From contig JBHPHW010000001.1 of assembly GCA_042570105.1 (NCBI GenBank), positions 19,932-83,931 on the forward strand: a DNA stretch of 64,000 bases, written 5' to 3'. Every line of letters begins with the position of its first letter. The stretch's first letter is position 1. The stretch comes from Candidatus Omnitrophota bacterium (GTDB taxonomy: Bacteria; Omnitrophota; Gorgyraeia; Gorgyraeales; Gorgyraeaceae). The notes under the pieces are model-generated. The model made no database searches. It saw only the letters and a list, made by a program, of their open reading frames with translations, and was not told the DNA's origin. Below are positions 44,651 to 53,943 of this stretch, piece by piece. A program made the translations under genes and the position numbers.

Positions 44651-47600
44651 ATGAATCTATCCGAATTTTCAGTTAAAAGACCTATTACGATATTTATGAT
44701 ATTCCTCGGAATATTGCTGCTGGGATTCGTGTCTTTGTTGCGTCTCCCTGTAGAATTAAAGCCTAACATAGCATATGGAGATATAAGCATAATCGTGGCT
44801 GTAAGAGGAGGCATGCCTCCTCAGGAAGTAGAAGCGCTTGTTACAAAACCTATAGAGGAGGCAGTAAGCACTGTAAGTTATTTAAATAATATATATTCGA
44901 CATCGAAGGCAGGAGAGTCCAGGATATGGCTTGAATATGAACCAGGCACAAATATGGATTTTGCCGCGCTCGAGGTAAGAGAGAAATTTTCAAAAATAAG
45001 GGATAAGCTTCCGCGGGAGATAGAAAAGCCTATTATCGCACAGTATAAAGAGTCTGATATGCCGATAGTTATTTTAGCAGTCACAGGGGAAGGTTATACA
45101 CCTGAAGAGTTAAGGAAGGTCGTTGATATAGAGATAAAGGAAAGGATACTGCGCGTGGAAGGCGTTGCAAACGTCGATATCTATGGCGGCAGGGAACGTA
45201 AGATCTTAGTCGAGGTTGATAAAAATAAGCTGTATCAGTACCGGATACCCATGGAGCATGTTGTCAATCTACTCGGCGCAAATAATTTAAATCTGCTCGC
45301 AGGGGACATTGAGCGCAGAAAAAATAAATATCTTATAAGGATAATGGGAGAATTTGAATCCCTCGATGATATTAAAGATATAGGGATCACCCTCACCCCT
45401 CAGGGTTCTATTATTAAGCTTAGAGAAATCGCAAAGGTAAAGGATTCTTTTCTAGAACCCACAAATTATGCCCGGACAGATATAGAGCCTGTAGTCTCTA
45501 TTTATATACAGAAGGAGTCAACGGCAAATACACTGCAAGTAGTCTCGAGCTTACAGGAAGAGATAAGGCGCTTAAAAAGGACATTAGACAAAGACATATT
45601 AATAAAGGCTACCCTGAATCAATCAGATGCGATAAAAGAGGCTATAAACGCTGTTAAGACCTCTCTTCTTTACGGAGCGATACTAGCAGTGCTAGTCCTA
45701 TTATTATTTTTAAAAGACCTTAGGGTTACTTCGATAATAGGTGTCACGATCCCAATATCGGTCATGGCTACATTTATACTGATGTATTTTCATAAGATAT
45801 CCTTGAATGTCATGACCCTCAGCGGTCTGGCGCTTGGTATAGGGATGTTGGTAGATAATTCTATTGTAGTTTTAGATAATATAGATAAAAAGAAGAGGGC
45901 GATGAGGGCTTCTGAAAGAGATTCAAAAACAAGATATGCGGAGACAGTTGTAAATGGGGCCAACGAGATGGGCCTGGCAATATTCGCCTCTACCATAACT
46001 ACGGTAATAGTTTTTTTGCCTTTTATTTTTGTAAATAAAGCGACCCGCATGCTCTGGAGTGGGCTGGCATTGACTGTGACGTATTCTCTTTTAGGTTCTC
46101 TCTTTGTCGCATTGACACTTGTGCCCATGTTGTCAAGCCGGATAAAACTAGCGCCTTACAGCGTAAAGCCAAAAAAATCAATGTTTAAAAGGGATTTTTT
46201 TTCAAATATAAAAAGCTATTATAGGAAGATACTTGTTATTGGCCTGAAGTTAAGGTATGTATTTGTGCTTGGCTCTTTCGGGATTTTAGCGCTGGTATTA
46301 CTATTAGGATCCAGGATAGAAAGAGAGTTTATGGCAGAGGCAGAGGAAGGGCGCTTTACTATATTTGTAGAATTAGAACCAGGCGCAAAGCTTGACATAA
46401 CAGACGAGATGGCGAAGGAGATAGAGATATTAATTTCTGGTATCCAGGAGGTAAAGACCTTTACTTCACGGGTCGAGCCATGGTCAAGCAAGATATATGT
46501 GAAACTTTTGCCCCTTGCCGGTAGAAAACGCACGACTAAAGCTATTATCGAAGACATACGAACCCGGGCGCAGGCAGTTGAGCGGAAATACAAAGGAGGT
46601 TTTATCTATTTTTCAGAGATAGAAGAGAAGGGCTTAAAGGAGATCATACTGGACCTCTATGGTTATCAATATGAGATATTAAAGGAACTAGCAGTTTCAG
46701 TGGCTACCAGGCTCGGGGCTATAGAAGGTTTTGAGGATATCAGGATGTCCAGGATCAGCGGGAGACCTGAATGGGGCATTACGGTTGATAAAGAAAGGGC
46801 AGGGATGTATGGTTTGAGCGTAAAGGATATAGCTGAAACACTGCATTCTGAGATAAGGGGCTTGCGCGCTACATTATACCATACAGAGTCGAGAGAAATA
46901 GAGACCGTATCCCGTTTGAGAAAAGAAGATAGAAAGCGGCTGGATGACTTAAGAAAACTTGTCCTTTTTTCAAGCGATGGGAATCCAATACTCTTGGAAC
47001 AGGTGGCTGATTTTACGCCTCAGATAGGCGCAAGCGAGATCATTAGAAAGAATAAAATGAGGGTTGTCCATATAACGGCCCTTCTTACAAAGGACTCACT
47101 TATAAATGCCGCAAAAAAGATCAAGGAAAATATTTCTAGTATGGAGTTTCCGAAGGATTATTATTATAGGATAGGCGGTAATTATGAAAGAAATATTGAG
47201 AACGAAAAAGAACTCTGGGCGCCTCCTACGGGAGTGTTGTGGATAACAATATTTTTAGTTTATCTAGTGCTTGCCTCCCTATTTGAATCGTATGCCCAGC
47301 CATTTATTATAATGATATCGGTCCCTCTGGCAGCCATAGGAGTAATAGTCGGATTAAAGATCGCAAATAAACCGATAAGCCGCGGAGTGATCATAGGGGG
47401 CATCATGCTTGCAGGGATCGTCGTTAATAATGCGATTGTTTTAGTGGATAGGATAAATTTTTTAAGGAGGAAGAAAACGGGTGGCGGAGGACGGAGGACG
47501 GATTTATTACGCTCGCTCGTAGAAGCGGGTGAGGACCGCTTGAGACCAATAGCCATGACAACTTCAACGACTATATTGGGCCTTATCCCAATGGCATTTG

Positions 47601-47833
47601 ATAAGAGTGAGTCGGCAAATTTATGGTCCCCTCTTGCGATCACTGTGATAGGGGGGATAGCGTCTTCAACTATACTGACACTGTTTTTACTCCCCAGTAT
47701 TTATTTGGTCTTTGAAGATCTGAAGGATATAGGAGGCCGTTTACTAAGGATCCCTAATATTCTGAGACACCCTATGATTATACAGATCTCTAAGAGATTA
47801 AACATCCCGCTTCGCCAAGGGAGAAATCTCTAA
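44651..47833 (+). CDS. RND efflux permease (AcrB/SwrC-like), second subunit
   Basis: MNLSEFSVKRPIT, GMLVDNSIVV, RLRPIAMT. Confidence 0.93.
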   Translation: MNLSEFSVKRPITIFMIFLGILLLGFVSLLRLPVELKPNIAYGDISIIVAVRGGMPPQEVEALVTKPIEEAVSTVSYLNNIYSTSKAGESRIWLEYEPGTNMDFAALEVREKFSKIRDKLPREIEKPIIAQYKESDMPIVILAVTGEGYTPEELRKVVDIEIKERILRVEGVANVDIYGGRERKILVEVDKNKLYQYRIPMEHVVNLLGANNLNLLAGDIERRKNKYLIRIMGEFESLDDIKDIGITLTPQGSIIKLREIAKVKDSFLEPTNYARTDIEPVVSIYIQKESTANTLQVVSSLQEEIRRLKRTLDKDILIKATLNQSDAIKEAINAVKTSLLYGAILAVLVLLLFLKDLRVTSIIGVTIPISVMATFILMYFHKISLNVMTLSGLALGIGMLVDNSIVVLDNIDKKKRAMRASERDSKTRYAETVVNGANEMGLAIFASTITTVIVFLPFIFVNKATRMLWSGLALTVTYSLLGSLFVALTLVPMLSSRIKLAPYSVKPKKSMFKRDFFSNIKSYYRKILVIGLKLRYVFVLGSFGILALVLLLGSRIEREFMAEAEEGRFTIFVELEPGAKLDITDEMAKEIEILISGIQEVKTFTSRVEPWSSKIYVKLLPLAGRKRTTKAIIEDIRTRAQAVERKYKGGFIYFSEIEEKGLKEIILDLYGYQYEILKELAVSVATRLGAIEGFEDIRMSRISGRPEWGITVDKERAGMYGLSVKDIAETLHSEIRGLRATLYHTESREIETVSRLRKEDRKRLDDLRKLVLFSSDGNPILLEQVADFTPQIGASEIIRKNKMRVVHITALLTKDSLINAAKKIKENISSMEFPKDYYYRIGGNYERNIENEKELWAPPTGVLWITIFLVYLVLASLFESYAQPFIIMISVPLAAIGVIVGLKIANKPISRGVIIGGIMLAGIVVNNAIVLVDRINFLRRKKTGGGGRRTDLLRSLVEAGEDRLRPIAMTTSTTILGLIPMAFDKSESANLWSPLAITVIGGIASSTILTLFLLPSIYLVFEDLKDIGGRLLRIPNILRHPMIIQISKRLNIPLRQGRNL

Positions 47834-47839
47834 TAATGT

Positions 47840-47868
47840 TTGTTTTAAAAAAAATATTATGGTATAAT
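47840..47868 (+). promoter_or_regulatory. Sigma70-type promoter with extended -10
   Basis: TTGTTT (47840-45), 17-nt spacer, TGg-TATAAT (47860-68). Confidence 0.62.
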
Positions 47869-47916
47869 AAAAAAGAAAAAGATAATTTTCATTCTATAAA
47901 GCAAGAGGGGTGAAAA

Positions 47917-49191
47917 ATGGATAAAACATTACGGTCAATACTGTGGATATTGATAGCATTAGTGCTAGTAAGCAGCTTTAGCACCGGCTGGTTTTTTGTA
48001 GCGAAAGAGAGACTTCATAATGAATATGTGAGTTTAGAGAGCCTTTTTAAAACCAGCACGGAGAAGTTAAACAGAGAACTTGCATCTTCGGATAAGAAAA
48101 ATATAGAACTGAGGACAAAGCTGGAGGTAGCTGAAAAAGAAATGGATTCCTTGCAATCTCAAAACAAGCGCTTAGAAGCTCAGCACAGGGAACTTTTAGA
48201 GGAAAATGATGATTTGGATAAAGAGCTTGCCACGGTGAAGAGAGGTAAATTCTCTCTCGAGGAGAGAATAAAAGATATGTCCTCAGAGAAGTTTTTGGCA
48301 GGGCTTTTGAAAGAAAAGGTCTCGCTGGAGGTGGCATTAAAAAGCTTGAAGGAAACTCTGGTGCCCAAGGATTTAGAGATAGAGGGACTGAAGAAAGATG
48401 TCGCGGATCTAAATACGGCCATTTCTAGGGTTGAAGAGGAAAAAGATTTTTTGGAGCAAAAGGTCAAGGATTCCAGCAAGGTCGCAGATATATTAAGCAG
48501 AGATCTATTGAAGGAAAAGGATAAAAGCAAAGGACATAAGCGAGAAGTCGCAAATATAAACAGAGAGAGTCGTTTTTTAAAAACCAGGATATCATCGCTC
48601 GAGCAAATCTCCGATAAGTTCAACAAGGCGCTTTTAGAGAACGAAGATATGAAATTTACGCTATCCAGTCTAAAAAGAGACCTTGAGTATAAAAGAAATG
48701 AGGTCAATGAGGTCCTCAAAGAGAGAGAAAATGAGCGGTTAAGGGTGTCTAGCCTGGAAAAAGAGCTGGAAAATAAAAGAACGGAATTCGATAGATTGAG
48801 AACTTCCATGGATCGTAAAACACAAGAACTGGAAGGATTCAGGGCTGAGGCATATCACGCTCCAGAGGAGGTAGAGTTACCCCCTATTATTTTAGAGAAA
48901 AGGGATCATGGAGCGAGTCGAGTTACTGCTTCTCCCCTTGAACAAATAACCGAGAGTCGAGCCCCAAAAGGCAGGGTCCTCACCGTAAATAGAGAATATA
49001 GTTTTGTGGTCATAGATGTGGGGATGCAGGATGGAATTAATGGAGGGGCCAACTTTAATGTCTATAGAGGCGGGACGCTTATTGGTTCCATAGAGGTGAT
49101 TCAAACTCGAGAAAGGATCTCCGCTTGTGATATAAAAGATGTAAATGAAGGATTTAAAATAGAGATAGACGATGTAATTGCAAGACGATGA
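47917..49191 (+). CDS. Membrane-anchored long coiled-coil protein with a C-terminal beta domain
   Basis: N-terminal TM; long heptad region; GRVLTVNREYSFVVIDVG..DG....FNVYR. Confidence 0.8.
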   Translation: MDKTLRSILWILIALVLVSSFSTGWFFVAKERLHNEYVSLESLFKTSTEKLNRELASSDKKNIELRTKLEVAEKEMDSLQSQNKRLEAQHRELLEENDDLDKELATVKRGKFSLEERIKDMSSEKFLAGLLKEKVSLEVALKSLKETLVPKDLEIEGLKKDVADLNTAISRVEEEKDFLEQKVKDSSKVADILSRDLLKEKDKSKGHKREVANINRESRFLKTRISSLEQISDKFNKALLENEDMKFTLSSLKRDLEYKRNEVNEVLKERENERLRVSSLEKELENKRTEFDRLRTSMDRKTQELEGFRAEAYHAPEEVELPPIILEKRDHGASRVTASPLEQITESRAPKGRVLTVNREYSFVVIDVGMQDGINGGANFNVYRGGTLIGSIEVIQTRERISACDIKDVNEGFKIEIDDVIARR

Positions 49192-49194
49192 ACA

Positions 49195-50274
49195 ATGGAG
49201 CTTTTGAAAAGAAATCTACCATTCTTAAATCTCAAAAGAAGGGTCAGCAACAAATCCCTTGTAGTATTCACCAGGCAACTCTCCACGCTTATTGCCGCAG
49301 GCCTGCCGCTTGTAAAGGCGCTTAAAACTTTATACGACCAGTTAGAACAGGGCGCGCTAAAGGATATTATAAAAAACGTAGCCAATGAAGTAGAAAGCGG
49401 CACAAAATTTTCAGAAGCCCTCTCGCGTTTCCCAAAGGTATTTCCAGAATTCTATGTCAATATGATGAAGGCAGGGGAGCTTGGAGGTATGCTGGAAGGC
49501 ATCCTCAAGCGGCTTTCTGAATTTTTGGACAAGAGCCAAAAACTCAGGGACAAGATAAAATCAGCGCTTATGTATCCTGCCTTTGTGCTTATTGTAGCAG
49601 TACTTATACTTATCATGCTCATGGTATTTGTCATACCTACGTTTACAAACATGTTTTCAGAATTAGGAGGGGCGCTGCCTCTGCCCACAAAGATACTAAT
49701 TGCTACAAGCGAGATCATTAGGAAAATGTGGTATCTTATTCCTCTTATTCCTGTTGCAATAGTTGCAGCATATAAGTGGCTGGTAAGAAACCCTGACAGA
49801 AGATGTGTGGTCGACAGGCTTAAATTACATATTCCCGTAATAGGCAACCTCACGCAGCAGGTCTCGGTTTCTAGATTTTCCAGGACGCTGGGTACATTGC
49901 TTTCGAGCGGCGTGCCAATATTAAGCGCGCTTCAGACTGTAAAGGATACGGTGGGCAATGAGTTTATTGCGCGTGCGGTTCTACAAGTGCGCGACAGTAT
50001 CAAAGAGGGGGAAAGCGTATCTGGGCCGATGGAGGCCAGTAAGGCCTTTCCGCCGCTTGTTGTAAAGATGATAAATATAGGCGAAGAGACAGGAGAGCTT
50101 AATAAGATGCTTATCCAGATAGCTGATAATTTCGAAGAGGAAGTGGATGTCGCAATAAGCGGGCTCACGTCTCTTTTGGAGCCGATGCTTATAGTATTTA
50201 TGGGGCTTGTCGTAGGCTTTATTGTTATTTCGATGTTCATGCCATTATTTTCACTTGCCAAACTTATAGGGTGA
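49195..50274 (+). CDS. pilC: Type II secretion/T4P inner-membrane platform protein (GspF/PilC family)
   Basis: FTRQLSTLIAAGLPL, AGELGG, KSALMYP, FSRTLGTLLSSGVPIL, GEETG, LLEP. Confidence 0.92.
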   Translation: MELLKRNLPFLNLKRRVSNKSLVVFTRQLSTLIAAGLPLVKALKTLYDQLEQGALKDIIKNVANEVESGTKFSEALSRFPKVFPEFYVNMMKAGELGGMLEGILKRLSEFLDKSQKLRDKIKSALMYPAFVLIVAVLILIMLMVFVIPTFTNMFSELGGALPLPTKILIATSEIIRKMWYLIPLIPVAIVAAYKWLVRNPDRRCVVDRLKLHIPVIGNLTQQVSVSRFSRTLGTLLSSGVPILSALQTVKDTVGNEFIARAVLQVRDSIKEGESVSGPMEASKAFPPLVVKMINIGEETGELNKMLIQIADNFEEEVDVAISGLTSLLEPMLIVFMGLVVGFIVISMFMPLFSLAKLIG

Positions 50275-50684
50275 AGAAAGTGCACCAGCCGACCAGAACA
50301 TCAGAGCTCAAGAGGGGATTTTCACTTTTAGAATTGATTATAGCGATAGGTGTATTGGCAATCGGGCTTGTAGGGGTATTGCAGATATTTCCTGTTGGTC
50401 TCAGGGCATCGTACCGTTCAGGTATGATGACAAAGGCAGCGCTTTTAGCTAAGAATAAAATAGAGGAAGTAAAGATGGCCGGCTTTCTAGTAATAATCGA
50501 GGAGCTTCCTAAGATACCGCTTTCAGGAACAGAAGGGGATTTTGACTGGGAGATATTTATAGACGAAGTTGACCTGGATGGATTGGGATCCAGTGACGAT
50601 ATCAGAAAACTTACGGTAACGGTAAGCTGGGCAGAACGCAATAAAATCAGATCGAAGGATTTTATGACCTATGTTACGCGGTAG
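50271..50684 (+). CDS. Prepilin-type N-methylation protein (GspI/PilV-like minor pseudopilin)
   Basis: RG|FSLLELIIAIGVLAIG prepilin cleavage motif. Confidence 0.85.
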   Translation: MKKVHQPTRTSELKRGFSLLELIIAIGVLAIGLVGVLQIFPVGLRASYRSGMMTKAALLAKNKIEEVKMAGFLVIIEELPKIPLSGTEGDFDWEIFIDEVDLDGLGSSDDIRKLTVTVSWAERNKIRSKDFMTYVTR

Positions 50685-51297
50685 AACATTTTTTTTACAA
50701 TCCCCTGCTTTTACCCTCATAGAGATCCTTATAGCGCTGGCTATACTTACCATGATCGTTATGTCTACCTTTGCAATCTTTAAGAGCTCATCAAGTGCAT
50801 GGCAGAAAGGTGAAACGAGGTCCGAACGTTACCACAATGCAAGGATTGCAATGGGTAAGATGGGTATGGAGATTTCTCAGGCAGTAATAAACGAGAGTGA
50901 GGTATGTAAATTTATCGGGGAAAGGAATGAAGTAAAGTTTGTTTCTTTTGTGTCGACAGCTAGCAGCGTATTTGAGCTGGTGGAGATAGAATATTGGCTG
51001 GACAAAGACGAGAGGCTTCTCATGCGCAACGAAGATATCGACCCTGATTATGACTTTTTAACGCAGGACTATAGTGATATTTTGGCTGAGAATATCTCCA
51101 AGCTAGAATTTTCATATTATGACGGTCTAATCTGGAGCTATACATGGGATTCGGATTTAGCCGGAGAGAGCGCTGAACCCCAGGAGAGTCAGGGGGGGAT
51201 TTTACCAAAGGCAGTCAAGATAAAGCTGGAAGTGGAAGATAAAAAAGGTAAAGAAAGCGAAGCATTTGAAATCATAACCCACCTCAAGACCGCTTGA
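50671..51297 (+). CDS. GspJ-like minor pseudopilin
   Basis: A|FTLIEILIAL; LEFSYYDG..W...W; LPKAVKIKL. Confidence 0.85.
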   Translation: MLRGRTFFLQSPAFTLIEILIALAILTMIVMSTFAIFKSSSSAWQKGETRSERYHNARIAMGKMGMEISQAVINESEVCKFIGERNEVKFVSFVSTASSVFELVEIEYWLDKDERLLMRNEDIDPDYDFLTQDYSDILAENISKLEFSYYDGLIWSYTWDSDLAGESAEPQESQGGILPKAVKIKLEVEDKKGKESEAFEIITHLKTA

Positions 51298-51298
51298 A

Positions 51299-52303
51299 AT
51301 GAAAATAGGCATAATCGGTTCTCCTCAAAGTGGCAAGACCACTATATTTAAGATTTTATTGCATAAAGACGTATCAGGAAATATAGGTATTTTCAAGATC
51401 ATAGATAGTCGCGTAGAAGAGATCTCTCGAATATTTTCTTCCAAGAAAACGACCTATCCTGAATTTACCTTTGTGGACCTAGGGCCTACGTCGGGTTTTA
51501 ACAAAAAGTATTTATCCCAACTGCAGGATATAGATCTATTTATATGTGTAGTAGGCGCATTCTTCAGCGAAGACCCTAAAAAAGATTTTGAAAATTCTCT
51601 TACAGATGTGATCCTCTCAGACCTGGAAGTCATACAAGATAGGATCGCGATATTAAAAAAGGGAGGTAAAAAAGGCGACATATCTCGAGAGATTAAGATA
51701 TTGGAGAAGTCCCAGGCATTTGTTTCCGAAGGCAAGCTTCTAGGGAATGCCGGGTTGGATGCGAATGAAGAGATGCTACTTTCCGGATTTATACTTTTGA
51801 GTTTGAAGCCATTGATCTTGGCGATAAACATGCCTGAAGAGGGGGCGGAGGCTTTAGGGAGTAAGATAAAACTTCTTGAGGATTACTGTAGTTCAAAGGA
51901 TATACGCTATATCCGGTTTTTTGGAAAAACAGAATCCGAACTTCTGGAATTGGGATCAGAGGAAAGGAAAAAATTTTTGATAGAGTTAGGGCCCGGTTAT
52001 AACTTCAGAGAAGATGTCTCGAGATTAATATCCAAAGAGCTGGACCTTCTCACATTTTTTACGACAGGGGAAAAGGAAACGCGAGGATGGTATTTAAAAT
52101 CAGGCTTGCCTGTGATAGAGGCAGCTGGTAAAATCCATTCTGATATGAAGAGGGGTTTTATAAGGGCAGAGATTGTAAATTATGAAGATTTTATTAAACA
52201 TGGTTCGATGCATAAGGCACGAGAGGCAGGTGTATTAAAAGTAGAAGGGAAGGATTATATAGTCAGGGACGGGGATATGGTCAATGTGAGATTTAACGTG
52301 TAA
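51299..52303 (+). CDS. ychF: YchF-family P-loop NTPase (divergent G-domain, conserved TGS/DUF933 C-terminus)
   Basis: GSPQSGKTT; TFFT.GEKETRGW, AAGKIHSDMKRGFIRAE, EGKDYIVRDGD...RFNV. Confidence 0.85.
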   Translation: MKIGIIGSPQSGKTTIFKILLHKDVSGNIGIFKIIDSRVEEISRIFSSKKTTYPEFTFVDLGPTSGFNKKYLSQLQDIDLFICVVGAFFSEDPKKDFENSLTDVILSDLEVIQDRIAILKKGGKKGDISREIKILEKSQAFVSEGKLLGNAGLDANEEMLLSGFILLSLKPLILAINMPEEGAEALGSKIKLLEDYCSSKDIRYIRFFGKTESELLELGSEERKKFLIELGPGYNFREDVSRLISKELDLLTFFTTGEKETRGWYLKSGLPVIEAAGKIHSDMKRGFIRAEIVNYEDFIKHGSMHKAREAGVLKVEGKDYIVRDGDMVNVRFNV

Positions 52304-52319
52304 TTAGGAGGTATGTTAT

Positions 52320-53939
52320 ATGAAGTTACAGGGGGTAGAGGGTAGAAGTCAGCGGGGTAATATGCGTAAGATTAAGAGGGCGCTTGTAAGTGTATCTGAT
52401 AAAAGCGGATTAGAAGAGTTTACTAAAGGCCTTAATGAGCTGGGGGTAGAGATACTATCCACGGGCGGTACTGCAAAACTTATAAGTAGCCTCGGAATAC
52501 CTGTTAGGCGCGTAGCAGACTATACTGGTTTTCCAGAGATGCTGGATGGTAGAGTAAAGACGCTGCATCCAAAGATCCACGGAGGCCTGCTGGCCCTTCG
52601 TGAAGATGAAGACCATATGAAGCAGGTCAAGGAACACGATATAGAATTGATCGATATGGTCGTTATCAATCTATATCCATTTGAAAAAACAGTGGCGAAG
52701 AAAGGGGTCAGACTCGAAGAGGCCATTGAAAATATAGATATAGGTGGTCCAAGCATGCTGCGTTCGGCAGCAAAGAATTATAAAGATGTTGTAGTTGTGT
52801 GTAATCCCAGTCGGTATAAAGAGGTATTGGAGGAATTGAAGAAAAATAAAGGAGTTCTATCAGACAAGTTGCATTTTAGGTTAGCTCTAGAGGTGTTTAG
52901 TAAGACTTCAAGCTATGACAATGCTATATATGAATATCTCAAAGGATGTTTAGATGCTGAAGGCCAGATACCGAAGAGCGAAGAGTCTGGATTTCCAGAA
53001 GCAGTAGATCTAAAATTTAGCAAGGTGCAAGGCTTGAGATATGGGGAAAATCCGCACCAAAAGGCAGGTTTTTATAAGGATAAGAGTATAAATGTAGTCG
53101 GGATAGCAAATGCCAGGCAATTGCATGGAAAAGAACTTTCCTTTAATAACATCATAGACCTTGATGCAGCCCTTGAAATAGTAAAACAGTTTAAAGGGCC
53201 GGCAGCGAGTGTGATCAAGCACACGAATCCATGTGGAGCAGCTCAGGATGAAGATCTAGGAAAGGCCTATATTAATGCGTTGGATTGTGATAGGACTTCA
53301 GCTTTTGGAAGCATTGTCGGGCTCAATAGAAAGGTAGACGCAGGGACTGCAGAGGCAATAGCCTCGGCAGGTTTTACTGAATGCGTCATTGCTCCCGGAT
53401 ATAACGAAGATGCCCTGAAGATTTTTAAAGGGAAAAAGAATCTGAGATTGATAGAAGTAGGAGATTTAAAAGGCGTGGAAAAAGACTATGATCTAAAAAA
53501 GGTTGTGGGAGGTATCCTGGTTCAGGATAGAGATATCCTGGATATAGGAGAAAAAGATCTGAGGGTAGCCACTAAGAAGAAGCCAACGGAAAAGGAGATG
53601 AAGTCTCTCCTTTTTGGCTGGAAGATAGTAAAGCATGTCCGCTCTAATGCAATAGTATTGTGTCAAGGTACCAAGACAGTTGGCATTGGCGCGGGTCAGA
53701 TGTCGAGAGTGGATTCGATGATAATAGCCATAAGAAAATCAGGAGGCCGCTCTAAAGGAGCTACATGCGCAAGCGATGCATTTTTCCCCAAAGAGGATGC
53801 TATAGAAGAGGCAAAGAAAGCAGGCATAACCAGTATAATACAACCTGGCGGTTCTATACGTGATGAAGATGTTATAAAGGCGTGTGACGAAGCTGGTATA
53901 AGTATGGTTTTTACCGGCGCCAGGCATTTTAAGCATTGA
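52320..53939 (+). CDS. purH: Bifunctional AICAR transformylase/IMP cyclohydrolase
   Basis: RALVSVSDK, STGGTA, GRVKTLHP, IDIGGP, LRYGENPHQ, ASDAFFP, RHFKH; alternative start at 52362. Confidence 0.97.
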   Translation: MKLQGVEGRSQRGNMRKIKRALVSVSDKSGLEEFTKGLNELGVEILSTGGTAKLISSLGIPVRRVADYTGFPEMLDGRVKTLHPKIHGGLLALREDEDHMKQVKEHDIELIDMVVINLYPFEKTVAKKGVRLEEAIENIDIGGPSMLRSAAKNYKDVVVVCNPSRYKEVLEELKKNKGVLSDKLHFRLALEVFSKTSSYDNAIYEYLKGCLDAEGQIPKSEESGFPEAVDLKFSKVQGLRYGENPHQKAGFYKDKSINVVGIANARQLHGKELSFNNIIDLDAALEIVKQFKGPAASVIKHTNPCGAAQDEDLGKAYINALDCDRTSAFGSIVGLNRKVDAGTAEAIASAGFTECVIAPGYNEDALKIFKGKKNLRLIEVGDLKGVEKDYDLKKVVGGILVQDRDILDIGEKDLRVATKKKPTEKEMKSLLFGWKIVKHVRSNAIVLCQGTKTVGIGAGQMSRVDSMIIAIRKSGGRSKGATCASDAFFPKEDAIEEAKKAGITSIIQPGGSIRDEDVIKACDEAGISMVFTGARHFKH

Positions 53940-53943
53940 GATA

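Noticed and set aside
48180-48809. 209-aa minus-strand ORF, and other antisense ORFs over the RND, mnmE and kinase genes
   Set aside because: Shadows of well-supported + strand genes.
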